Assembly: GCA_046262595.1 (NCBI GenBank)
Contig: JBHEMM010000023.1
Span: 22,949 to 37,751 of the forward strand
Length of the DNA: 14,803 nucleotides
Origin: Vulcanimicrobiaceae bacterium
Lineage (GTDB): Bacteria; Vulcanimicrobiota; Vulcanimicrobiia; Vulcanimicrobiales; Vulcanimicrobiaceae
Direction: 5' to 3'
How positions within the stretch are numbered: position 1 is the first letter of the stretch; each line of letters opens with the position of its first letter. A program made the translations under genes and the position numbers. Below are positions 1 through 9,517 of this stretch, piece after piece. The notes below the pieces were generated by a model, which saw nothing but the letters and a program-made list of their open reading frames with translations, did not search any database and had not been told where the DNA came from.

Positions 1-2
1 TC

Positions 3-786
3 ACCAAACGGCCGCAGCAGTTCGTCGGACTGCACTTTTTCGCACCCGCCAATATCATGAAACTGCTTGAAATCGTACGCGGCAAGGAAACCTCACTTCA
101 CACGCTTGCGGCCGCGTTCACGTTGGGTAAGGCGCTGCGCAAAGTCTGCGTGCTCTCGGCGAATGCGTTTGGCTTCATGGGCAACCGGATGCTTTTCGAC
201 TACGCCCGCCAAGCGGTGGGGCTTGCAGAAGAAGGCGTGCCGCCGTACCGCATTGATTCGGCGATGAAGAACTTCGGCTTTGCGATGGGCCCGTTCGCCA
301 TGTTCGACCTTTCGGGCGTGGACGTGTTCTGGCACGTTCAGCAGGCGCGTCCCGGCATGGGTGCGGCCCGCACGAAGATCGTCGATCGTTTGTACGAGCA
401 AAAGCGCCTGGGGCAAAAGACCGGTAAAGGCTTTTACAAGTACGATTGCGCCGTGGGCAGTGGCCGCGAGCCGATCCGTGATGAAGAAACGGAAAAGCTT
501 TTCGCGCAGGTTGCGGCGGAAGCGGGCGTCGCGCAGCATCCGGACGTGAGCGACGAAGACATCGTGCGCCGCTTGACGCGCGCCCTGATCGATGCCGGCG
601 CGCAGCTGCTCAAAGACAAAGTGGCGCTCCGCCCCGGCGACATCGACATCGCCTATATCTACGGCTACGGCTTCCCGCCGCATCACGGTGGACCGATGTG
701 GTACGGCCACGAGACCGGATACAACGACGTTTATGCATCCGCGCATTTCGCGGAGGGCGCTCAAGATCAGAGAGAGGAACTCATCC

Positions 787-794
<8 letters not shown>
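3..794 (+). CDS. 3-hydroxyacyl-CoA dehydrogenase, C-terminal part (FadB/FadJ-like; 5'-truncated by the window edge)
   Basis: The frame is open from position 3 ([27 protein letters not shown]), containing the HADH catalytic His (HFFxPA) and Glu (LLEIV). Also [31 protein letters not shown] and a second C-terminal module [17 protein letters not shown]. Directly upstream of a thiolase. Confidence 0.92.
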
Positions 795-1995
<1,201 letters not shown>

Positions 1996-2203
1996 GCTTC
2001 GTGCCGGTGCTCAGTTGCGCAGCGGCGTCCCGTGTTCGAGCACATGTTCCATCCCGGCGCGTGCGCGGGTCGAAGACCAGTGTCTCGAACGAGCACGTTT
2101 CGGCCGCCTGTCATGACGCGCGTCACATCGCGCGGTGGCGGCATTTTCATAAAGAGCGGTTTGCTGCATGGCCGCCCGTTAGCGAAGGGCAAGCGGCGCT
2201 CCC

Positions 2204-2233
2204 GTTGCTCTTGTTCCTCTTAGGGGTAAGAGG
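2204..2233 (+). promoter_or_regulatory. putative SigB/SigF-like promoter (GTTG-N16-GGGTA) overlapped by the inverted repeat CCTCTTA-N4-TAAGAGG
   Basis: GTTG at 2204-2207 and GGGTA at 2224-2228. Perfect 7-bp inverted repeat at 2216-2222/2227-2233. The element ends about 30 bp upstream of the ATG at 2264. Confidence 0.4.
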
Positions 2234-2263
2234 GCTCAAACCACTTATTTTGGAGGAACGTCA

Positions 2264-2551
2264 ATGAGTCACACTCTTGCCAAGGGAGCGATAAGCGTCC
2301 TATTTGCTGCGGCGATGGCGATCGCGCCGGGCGCCGCATCTGCGCAGACCGCGGCGCCGAGCGCCGCAGCCTCTCCCGTATCGTCGCCGGCGTCCACCAC
2401 GACCACCTCTACCGGCACGACGACGACAACGCCGAACGCCTCGAACGGCTGGTGGGGTCTGATCGGGCTGGTCGGTTTGCTTGGCCTGTTCGGCATGGGC
2501 GGACGGCGCAGCAGCACGGTCGTCGATACCTACGATACGACGCGTCCATAA
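2264..2551 (+). CDS. WGxxGxxG-CTERM family small secreted/membrane-anchored protein
   Basis: GGAGG RBS, signal peptide ending ASA-Q, Ser/Thr/Pro-rich linker, then C-terminal GWWGLIGLVGLLGLFG followed by RR. Confidence 0.85.
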   Translation: MSHTLAKGAISVLFAAAMAIAPGAASAQTAAPSAAASPVSSPASTTTTSTGTTTTTPNASNGWWGLIGLVGLLGLFGMGGRRSSTVVDTYDTTRP

Positions 2552-2560
2552 TCGCAGTTT

Positions 2561-2602
2561 GCACGTCGCGGCGATGGGGCGAAAGCCTCAACGCCGCAGT
2601 GC
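2561..2602 (+). other. intergenic stem-loop with GAAA tetraloop and no U-tract
   Basis: GCGGCG-A-TGGGGC-GAAA-GCCTCA-A-CGCCGC at 2568-2597, extended by GCAC/GTGC (2561-2564/2599-2602). Confidence 0.5.
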
Positions 2603-2614
2603 CCCGCGAACCTC

Positions 2615-3586
2615 ATGAGCAGCGGCGTACCGGGATACAGTAACCTTGTGGAATCGCTAACGGACGAGCAAGTGCGCGCGCTGGTCCTTCGCAATATTAA
2701 GCGCATGGACGGCGCCCACCGCGCTCAGCTCGCGCTTTTCTTGGGCCACGACCTTTCGCGCGATCCGATCGACGAAGTCGGCCGCGGATCCGCCGATGCG
2801 GAGCTGCGTAAGCTGGTCGAGTCGTGCGCGCTTTTGCGCGAACGGTACGCGGCGTTTCTGCGAGAGAACCCCAGCGCGCTCGAGCCGCACGAGCCCTCCC
2901 GCCGCCTTCCGTTTCAGATGAAAGCCGCCGCCCTGTTCGTCCTTGCCGCCGTAATCGCGATCGTTCCGCTCGCAGCGCAGTATGCGCAGCAGCGCGGCAT
3001 GGTGAGCGGTCCGCAGCAGGCGTCCATCGTTTCGTTTGCCGGTCCGCCCATCGTTCACGTGCATGCCGCCGTCCGGGCGCGCCGGCATGCGCGTGCGCCG
3101 GTGCAGAAAGCGCGCGCCGCCAAACCACGGGCGGTACGCAGGCCCGTTTCCGCTGCGCCGCGTGCAGTCGCGCGCGCGAAGGCGCATCCGCACAGACGCG
3201 CGCGCCATTACCGGCGTATCGCGAATTGGAAGTTTTCGCCCGCGATGAATCCGTACTTCAGCAAGCATTGGAGCAGCGTGCCGTCTCCGCGCTCGCCGGC
3301 GCGTCGCGCTCGCGCCGTCGTGAATGCGTATCTCAACGACGTCATTCACGGCAACCGGCCGGGTGCGCCTGAGAACGCTATCGTTTCGCCGACGACGAAC
3401 GTGCGAATCGTCTCCGTGCGGCCGGACGCGAACGCGCGCATTAAAGTGGACGTGGAGCTTGCCGGCCCGCGTGGCCACTTCTTCGAAGTGTTTTCTGTTT
3501 CGCGGGCGAGTATGCGCATCGTCGATCAGGCATATATTCCCATCAACAGGACGGCCGCGAGGGGATTCGAAAGCCGCAACTGGTGA
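2615..3586 (+). CDS. hypothetical single-pass membrane protein
   Basis: 323-aa ORF with a helical-looking N-terminal domain, one hydrophobic segment (AAALFVLAAVIAIVPLAA), an Arg/Ala/His-rich linker and a beta-rich C-terminal domain. Its stop overlaps the galK start (GTGA). Confidence 0.7.
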   Translation: MSSGVPGYSNLVESLTDEQVRALVLRNIKRMDGAHRAQLALFLGHDLSRDPIDEVGRGSADAELRKLVESCALLRERYAAFLRENPSALEPHEPSRRLPFQMKAAALFVLAAVIAIVPLAAQYAQQRGMVSGPQQASIVSFAGPPIVHVHAAVRARRHARAPVQKARAAKPRAVRRPVSAAPRAVARAKAHPHRRARHYRRIANWKFSPAMNPYFSKHWSSVPSPRSPARRARAVVNAYLNDVIHGNRPGAPENAIVSPTTNVRIVSVRPDANARIKVDVELAGPRGHFFEVFSVSRASMRIVDQAYIPINRTAARGFESRNW

Positions 3587-4686
3587 CCCCTTCGACCGCG
3601 CGAGCTCCAGGCCGCGTGAATTTAATCGGCGAGCACACGGACTATACCGGCGGCTTTGTCCTGCCGTGCGCGATCGCCAATACCGTTACGGCGCGCTTTT
3701 TACCGCAGGAACGCCCGGTTCTGCACGTGCGAACCGCATTCGGCCAGGCGGAATTTACGCACACAGAGCAGGCGGCATCGCGCTATGGCGATTGGCGCGA
3801 TTACGTGCGCGGCATTTTGAGCGAGTTTCGCGCGGCTTGCATTCCATTGTGCGGCGGCGAGCTGACCGTTGAATCGACCGTCCCTGCCGGCGCAGGTTTG
3901 AGCTCATCGGCGGCGTTTGAAGTGGCGCTTGCGCTCACGCTGCTCAATTCCTCGGGAACTGCGATGGATCGCATGGAAATCGCTTTGCTTGCGCAGCGTG
4001 CGGAAAACCGTTATACGGGAACGCAGAGCGGCATCATGGACCAATTCGCGGTGCTCTTCGGCGAGAAGGGCAAGGCGCTGCTGCTCGACACGCGCACGCT
4101 CTCGTGGGAAGCACTGCCCGTGCCCGATTCGATCGCGATCGTCGTCTGCAACACCATGCAGCGGCGCGAGCTCAATGCGGGCGAGTACAATCATCGCCGC
4201 AACGAATGCGAACAGGCACTGCGTTTGCTGCAGCAGCATTTCCCCGCAATGACCGCGCTGCGAGATCTTCTGCCGGAAAACTTGAAAAAGGCGCGCGCAC
4301 TGCTGCCCGAGGTGCTGTTCCGGCGCTGCAGGCACGTCGTCACCGAGAACGCGCGGGTGCTGGAGGCAGCAGGCGCGCTGCGCTCGCACGACGTCGAGCG
4401 TTTCGGCCGGTTGATGAACGCATCGCACGTCAGTTTACGCGACGATTACGAGGTGAGCTCGCTCAACCTCGACATTCTCGTGGAAAGCGCGCAGGAACTC
4501 GGTGCGTACGGTTCGCGTATGACCGGCGCCGGCTTCGGCGGATGCACCGTCAGTCTCGTGCCGGCAACGCAAGCGCGCCGTTTTGCGCGCGCGCTCGCGC
4601 AACGCTACCATGAGCGCACCGGCGTTTGCGCCGAGGTCTACGACGGCACACCGAGCGGAGGCGCGAGTGTCATCCCGGCGGTTTAA
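3583..4686 (+). CDS. galK: galactokinase
   Basis: APGRVNLIGEHTDY galactose-binding signature, GHMP motif VPAGAGLSSSAA, GIMDQF, SLRDDYEVS and GSRMTGAGFGGC. Confidence 0.96.
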   Translation: MTPSTARAPGRVNLIGEHTDYTGGFVLPCAIANTVTARFLPQERPVLHVRTAFGQAEFTHTEQAASRYGDWRDYVRGILSEFRAACIPLCGGELTVESTVPAGAGLSSSAAFEVALALTLLNSSGTAMDRMEIALLAQRAENRYTGTQSGIMDQFAVLFGEKGKALLLDTRTLSWEALPVPDSIAIVVCNTMQRRELNAGEYNHRRNECEQALRLLQQHFPAMTALRDLLPENLKKARALLPEVLFRRCRHVVTENARVLEAAGALRSHDVERFGRLMNASHVSLRDDYEVSSLNLDILVESAQELGAYGSRMTGAGFGGCTVSLVPATQARRFARALAQRYHERTGVCAEVYDGTPSGGASVIPAV

Positions 4687-5641
4687 TCCGCTCACGCACG
4701 AATGGGTGCTCGTCTCGGATACGCGCTTATCTCGGCCGTGGCAAGGTGAGTCGGCGCCTGCGCAGCAGGCTCATCGGCCCGCGTACGATCCGCTATGCTA
4801 TCTCTGTCCGGGGAACGTCCGTGCGAACGGCGAGCACAATCCTGCGTATACGCAGACCTTTGGGTTCGACAACGACTATCCGGCGCTCGCGCCGGAAGCG
4901 GCGGCGCAAGAATCTGATGCCGGCGGACTGTTTCTCGCCCAACGCGAACGCGGCGCATGCCGCGTGCTCTGTTTCTCGCCGCGGCACGATTTGGATGTGC
5001 CGACGATGGCGTCGCACGACGTGCGCGCCGTCCTGGACGCGTGGGCCGGCGAATACGAAGAGCTGATGGGCAGACCATACGTCAGCGCCGTGACGGTGTT
5101 CGAAAACCGCGGGGCGATGATGGGCGCGAGCAACCCGCATCCGCACAGCCAACTCTGGGCCAACGAGCATGTGCCCAGCGAGCTGCTCAAAGAGCGCGAC
5201 GGCGCAAACGCGTATGCGCAAACGCACGGAGGCGCCTGCCTGCTGTGCGATTACGGCGCACGCGAACTGGAACGCGCGCAGCGTATCGTCTTTGCGGACG
5301 ACCATGCGATCGTGCTCGTTCCGTTTTGGGCCGTGTGGCCTTTCGAAACGCTGCTCCTTGCCCGCACGCACCGGACGACTCTGCGAAGCTGTACCGGCGC
5401 GGAGCGCGACGCGCTCGCTGCGGCGATGCAATTTGTGACCCGGCGTTACGACGCACTGTTCGGCGTGCCGTTTCCTTATTCGATGGGGTGGCACCAGGAC
5501 GGCCATTTGCACGCGCATTATTACCCGCCGCTGCTGCGCTCGGCATCGGTTCGAAAATATTTGGTCGGCTACGAGATGCTCGCTCAGCCGCAACGCGATC
5601 TGACGCCCGAGGAAGCCGCGGCGCGCCTGCGCGCTTTATGA
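4667..5641 (+). CDS. galT: UDP-glucose--hexose-1-phosphate uridylyltransferase
   Basis: GTG at 4667 is preceded by GGAGG. RRFNPL..WVLVS..R..RPWQG, CYLCPG, FENRGAMMGASNPHPHSQ (HPH active site), PFWAVWPFET, VGYEMLAQPQRDLTPEEAA. Confidence 0.95.
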   Translation: MSSRRFNPLTHEWVLVSDTRLSRPWQGESAPAQQAHRPAYDPLCYLCPGNVRANGEHNPAYTQTFGFDNDYPALAPEAAAQESDAGGLFLAQRERGACRVLCFSPRHDLDVPTMASHDVRAVLDAWAGEYEELMGRPYVSAVTVFENRGAMMGASNPHPHSQLWANEHVPSELLKERDGANAYAQTHGGACLLCDYGARELERAQRIVFADDHAIVLVPFWAVWPFETLLLARTHRTTLRSCTGAERDALAAAMQFVTRRYDALFGVPFPYSMGWHQDGHLHAHYYPPLLRSASVRKYLVGYEMLAQPQRDLTPEEAAARLRAL

Positions 5642-7302
5642 TCGGCTCGCGGCAGTTGATCTGCGGCGAACTTCACTACCCGCGCGTTCCGCTCGAGCAT
5701 TGGCGCCACCGGTTGCGTCTCGCTCGCGCCATGGGCTTGAACAGCGTGTCGACATACGTGTTCTGGAACGTGCATGAGGAACGGCGCGGCGCGTACCGCT
5801 TTGACGGACATCGTGACATTGCCGCGTTTGTCCGCATGGCGCAAGCGGAAGGGCTCGACGTCGTGTTGCGTCCGGGGCCGTACGTGTGCGCGGAATGGGA
5901 TTTCGGCGGACTGCCCGCGTGGCTGCTGAGCGGATCACCGGTGCAAGTGCGCACGGCGGAAGCCTCGTTCATGGCCCCGGTGCGAAGGTGGATCGCGCGC
6001 TTAGGCGAAGAACTCGCGCCGCTGCACGCGCGCGCCGGCGGACCGATCGTTGCGGTGCAGCTCGAGAACGAGTACGGCGCGTTCGGCTGCGACAAGACGT
6101 ATCTGCGCGAGCTGCGTGCGCTGCTCGAGCGCAGCGGCTTCGGCGGCCTGCCGTTCTACACGATCGATCAGCCGGGCGACGTGGATCGCGGCAGTTTGGA
6201 AGGCGTTGCTGCGGCGGTTCGCGCGTTGCGGCCGGACCAGCCGCCGGTATGCGGCGAGTTTTGGGCCGGCTGGTTCGATCACTGGGGAGAAAAGCGCGCC
6301 GAGCTCGATGCATCGGTGCAAGCTGCGGATTTGGAATGGATGCTCGCCAACGGTGTGTCGGTAAACGTGTACATGTTTCACGGGGGCACAAACTTTGCGC
6401 TTTGGAACGGCGCGAATGCGTTCGACCCGCATCCGTACCAGCCGACGGTGACGAGTTACGACTACCAAGCCGCTGTCGGTGAAGCGGGTGAAACAACACC
6501 GAAATACGAGCGCTTCCGCGGCCTCATCGCGCGCCACACGGGCGAAACGCTTGCATCGCCGCCGCCGTTGCCGCGGCGCACCGCCATCGCGCCCTTTGCT
6601 TTACATTGCGCGGGACCGCTGGAAGCGGCGCTGCGGGAACCCGTGCGCGCGCGGCTGCCGCTCTGTATGGAGCAGCTCGGCGCATCGCGCGGATTCGTCC
6701 TTTACCGCACGCAGATCGCGCTGGCACAGGACGGAATGCTCGAATTCGATCCGCGCGATTACGCGATCGTACGGGTGAACGGCACGGTTCGGGGGCACCT
6801 CGAGCGGCGGCTCGGCGAACGTGCGCTGCGCCTCGACTGCGGCGCAGGTGCGACGTTGGATATTCTGGTCGAGAACATGGGCCGGATCAATTACGGTCCG
6901 TTCTTCGGGAACGAACGCAAAGGCCTCACGAGCGGCGTCCGCTTCAATGGCGTGGACCTGCAGGACTGGGAGATGTTCGTACTCGGAACGGATGCGCCCG
7001 TGCTGCGCGGTAGCTTCGAGGCGGCTGCCGGGGGACCGGCGTTTTATGCCGGAACGTTCGATGTGCAAACGCCGGGCGACGTTTTCTTCGAGATGGGCTC
7101 GCTGCGCAAGGGCGTCTTATGGGTCAACGGTCACTGTGCCGGACGGTATTGGAATATCGGACCGCAGCGCGATCTGTACGTCCCGGGCGGGTGGCTGCAG
7201 CCGGGAAGAAACGAGGCAATCGTATTGGAGCTCTTTGCGGTACGCGGGACGGTGCGATTGCAAGGTGGAACCGAGCGGTCATGGACGCTGCGCCAGCAGT
7301 AG
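5638..7302 (+). CDS. glycoside hydrolase family 35 beta-galactosidase (no signal peptide)
   Basis: ATG at 5638 overlaps the galT stop (ATGA). GELHYPR, TYVFWNVHE, RPGPYVCAEWDFGGLP, QLENEYG (acid/base), GEFWAGWFDHWG (nucleophile), YMFHGGTNF, TSYDY, VENMGRINYG, GRYWNIGPQ. Confidence 0.95.
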   Translation: MIGSRQLICGELHYPRVPLEHWRHRLRLARAMGLNSVSTYVFWNVHEERRGAYRFDGHRDIAAFVRMAQAEGLDVVLRPGPYVCAEWDFGGLPAWLLSGSPVQVRTAEASFMAPVRRWIARLGEELAPLHARAGGPIVAVQLENEYGAFGCDKTYLRELRALLERSGFGGLPFYTIDQPGDVDRGSLEGVAAAVRALRPDQPPVCGEFWAGWFDHWGEKRAELDASVQAADLEWMLANGVSVNVYMFHGGTNFALWNGANAFDPHPYQPTVTSYDYQAAVGEAGETTPKYERFRGLIARHTGETLASPPPLPRRTAIAPFALHCAGPLEAALREPVRARLPLCMEQLGASRGFVLYRTQIALAQDGMLEFDPRDYAIVRVNGTVRGHLERRLGERALRLDCGAGATLDILVENMGRINYGPFFGNERKGLTSGVRFNGVDLQDWEMFVLGTDAPVLRGSFEAAAGGPAFYAGTFDVQTPGDVFFEMGSLRKGVLWVNGHCAGRYWNIGPQRDLYVPGGWLQPGRNEAIVLELFAVRGTVRLQGGTERSWTLRQQ

Positions 7303-7431
7303 CCCGTCCCAACGGCAAATGCCGCGGCGATCTGGTTCGGCGCCGTGCGCTGCGTCTTTCTGCGAACGCAATGTTGGCGTGCCGCCCGCAGAAATGAATT
7401 GCGAGCAGGCGATCCAAGAAGCGGCGATCGC

Positions 7432-8379
7432 TTGAGCGTCGTTTGCCTGGGCGGCGCCTGCGTGGATCGCAAATATTGCGCAGCGGCGGATGTGCAGTTC
7501 CGCACGTCCAATCCGGTGCGCGCATCGCGCGGCTTCGGCGGCGTTGCCCGTAACGTCGCGGAGAACTTAGCACGTCTGGAGGTTCCGGTTTCGTTGATGA
7601 GCGTCGTCGGAAACGATGAGAGCGGCGTTGCACTCATCGATCACGCTCAGCGGTGCGGCATACGAACGCAGCTCGTGCTGCGGGACGGTACGTACATTAC
7701 GCCGGAGTATGCCGCGGTCGTCGATGCGTACGGCGAACTGGTGGTTGGCCTGGCCGACATGAGTGCGATGGAAAGCCTCACCGTGGCGGATGTTCAACGC
7801 CGGTGGGAAGAAATTCGACAATCAGAGTGGCTGTTTGCCGATTGCAACCTTTCCGCGGAGGTCTTGTCGTGGTGCATTGCGCGCGCGTCCTCGAGCGGCT
7901 TGCGTTTGGCGATTGATGCGGTCAGCGAGCCCAAAGTGCGCAAACTGCCCGACCGGATCGACGGCGTGGATCTGCTCGTCCTCAACGAACGCGAAGCGGC
8001 CGCGTATTTGTGCGAGAGCTTCGAGCGATTCGGTGCCCGGCCGGCAAGCGAGCAAACCGGTATGCTGCGCGAGCGCGGAGCCGGTGCGGTGATACTGACG
8101 ATGGGCGAACGGGGCGTCGCGGCGGCGTCCAACGGTGAGGTGCAGCACGTGCCGGCTGCGGCGAAGAGCATTATCGATACCACCGGCGGCAGCGACGCCT
8201 TATGTGCGGGCGTGCTTTATGCCCTCGTGCGAGGGCGCTCGCTGTTCGAAGGCGCGCGCGCCGGATCGATTGCGGCGGCACTCACCGTTGAGTCGTCGGC
8301 GACCGTACGTCCGGATCTTTCCGTCGCTCTGCTCGATCTGCACGCCGGGCGCATGGGAGAAGCGTGGAGCATCCGGTAA
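7432..8379 (+). CDS. PfkB-family carbohydrate kinase, probable pseudouridine kinase (start uncertain: TTG at 7399 or 7432)
   Basis: VVCLGGACVD, TSNP, GGVARNVAENLARL, VGND, DCNL, LNEREA, TMGERG and DTTGGSDA. Directly upstream of and overlapping psuG. Lacks the N-terminal HTH found in some PsuK proteins. Confidence 0.85.
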   Translation: MSVVCLGGACVDRKYCAAADVQFRTSNPVRASRGFGGVARNVAENLARLEVPVSLMSVVGNDESGVALIDHAQRCGIRTQLVLRDGTYITPEYAAVVDAYGELVVGLADMSAMESLTVADVQRRWEEIRQSEWLFADCNLSAEVLSWCIARASSSGLRLAIDAVSEPKVRKLPDRIDGVDLLVLNEREAAAYLCESFERFGARPASEQTGMLRERGAGAVILTMGERGVAAASNGEVQHVPAAAKSIIDTTGGSDALCAGVLYALVRGRSLFEGARAGSIAAALTVESSATVRPDLSVALLDLHAGRMGEAWSIR

Positions 8380-9266
8380 TGTACTCCGCGGAGGTACGGC
8401 GCGCGCTGGAGGACGGCGGACCCGTGGTCGCGTTGGAAAGCACGATTCTCTCGCACGGCATGCCGCATCCGCAGAACGTTGTGACGGCGCGCGCGGTCGA
8501 GGAGCGCGTGCGCGCCGGCGGCGCGGTCCCCGCGACGATTGCCGTACTTGACGGCAACATCCGGATCGGCTTGAACGACGAACAACTGCAGCGCGTGGGC
8601 AGCGGCGGCAATTTGCTCAAGCTCAGCAGCGCCGATCTTGCTTTTGCGGTTGCGGTGGGCGCGAGCGGCTCGACCACGGTCGCCGCGACGATGATCTGCG
8701 CGCGCATCGCCGGCATTCGCGTGTTTGCGACCGGCGGCATCGGAGGCGTGCACCGGGGCGCGGAGCAAACGATGGATATTTCGGCCGATATCGAGGAGCT
8801 CGCGCGTACGGATGTTGCCGTTGTGTGCGCGGGAGCGAAAGCGCTTCTGGATCTGCCTAAGACGCTTGAAGCGCTCGAGACGCGCGGCGTTCCGGTCGTC
8901 GGTTTCGGGACAGCTGAATTTCCCGCGTTTTGGAGCTCGCGTTCGGGGCTTATGCTCTCGCTCCACGTTGCGGATGCGGCGCAAGCCGCAGCGTATTTGC
9001 GCACCAAAGCATCGCTTGGGATGCAAGGCGGCGTGTTGATCGTCGCGCCGGTACCACCGGGCGAGGAGCTGCCGCGCGCGCAAATGGAGGTGACGATCGA
9101 GCAAGCCGTGCACGAAGCGCACGAACAAAACATCGCGGGCAAAGCCGTGACGCCGTGGCTGCTGGACCGGATCTACCGGCTGACCGGCGGAGCAAGTTTA
9201 ACGGCGAATATCGCGCTCATAAAAAACAACGCGTCGATCGCCGCGGCGATCGCGAGCGCGCTCTAA
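8364..9266 (+). CDS. psuG: pseudouridine-5'-phosphate glycosidase
   Basis: PVVALESTILSHGMPHP, GAVPATIA, TTVAATM, FATGGIGGVHRG, DISADIEEL, CAGAKALLD (Schiff-base Lys), GKAVTPWLL and NIALIKNNA. Start is GTG 8364 or ATG 8379. Confidence 0.95.
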   Translation: MEHPVMYSAEVRRALEDGGPVVALESTILSHGMPHPQNVVTARAVEERVRAGGAVPATIAVLDGNIRIGLNDEQLQRVGSGGNLLKLSSADLAFAVAVGASGSTTVAATMICARIAGIRVFATGGIGGVHRGAEQTMDISADIEELARTDVAVVCAGAKALLDLPKTLEALETRGVPVVGFGTAEFPAFWSSRSGLMLSLHVADAAQAAAYLRTKASLGMQGGVLIVAPVPPGEELPRAQMEVTIEQAVHEAHEQNIAGKAVTPWLLDRIYRLTGGASLTANIALIKNNASIAAAIASAL

Positions 9267-9508
9267 ACCTCCAGCGCGCGCTCGATCGTGGACCAAACCA
9301 CCGCTCGGGGCACAAAGAACGGAACCTCGTCGAGCGTAAGCGTGAGCGATTGGGCTGCTTCGTCGTAGGAGAAGCTGCCCTTGAGGCCTTGGCTTTCGAT
9401 CGTCGACGCGTCACCTTCGGGTAGTTTCACGAACGCGGCCAACGACGACCGCAGCGCGTCGATTTTTGCGCGCGTGATATTCGTATACGTTTTACTCTCC
9501 GATGCCAT
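9263..9508 (-). CDS. small hypothetical protein (81 aa)
   Basis: Protein-like composition with amphipathic helices and a beta stretch. Starts 9 bp after the ROK gene stop, and its stop overlaps the psuG stop. Confidence 0.7.
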   Translation of the reverse strand: MASESKTYTNITRAKIDALRSSLAAFVKLPEGDASTIESQGLKGSFSYDEAAQSLTLTLDEVPFFVPRAVVWSTIERALEV

Positions 9509-9517
9509 ATCGCGTAG

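Noticed and set aside
592..786. N-terminal extension of the thiolase ORF
   Set aside because: It overlaps the dehydrogenase gene. Thiolase similarity and an RBS begin at GTG 787.
2390..2432. ACC/ACG triplet runs as a tandem repeat or CRISPR-like array
   Set aside because: They encode the poly-Thr linker. No repeat-spacer array was seen anywhere in the window.
4957..5637. N-terminal extension making GH35 a 781-aa fusion
   Set aside because: It is an Arg-rich alternative frame of galT. GH35 motifs start right after ATG 5638, which is coupled to the galT stop.
7303..7431. Riboswitch or decayed HTH upstream of the PfkB kinase
   Set aside because: No known aptamer motif, convincing stem pattern or HTH-like translation was recognised.
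8217..9142. Long antisense ORFs opposite psuG (likewise 93-854, 2657-3478, 4793-5593)
   Set aside because: These are shadow ORFs of well-supported genes, expected from high-GC codon bias, with no recognisable motifs.
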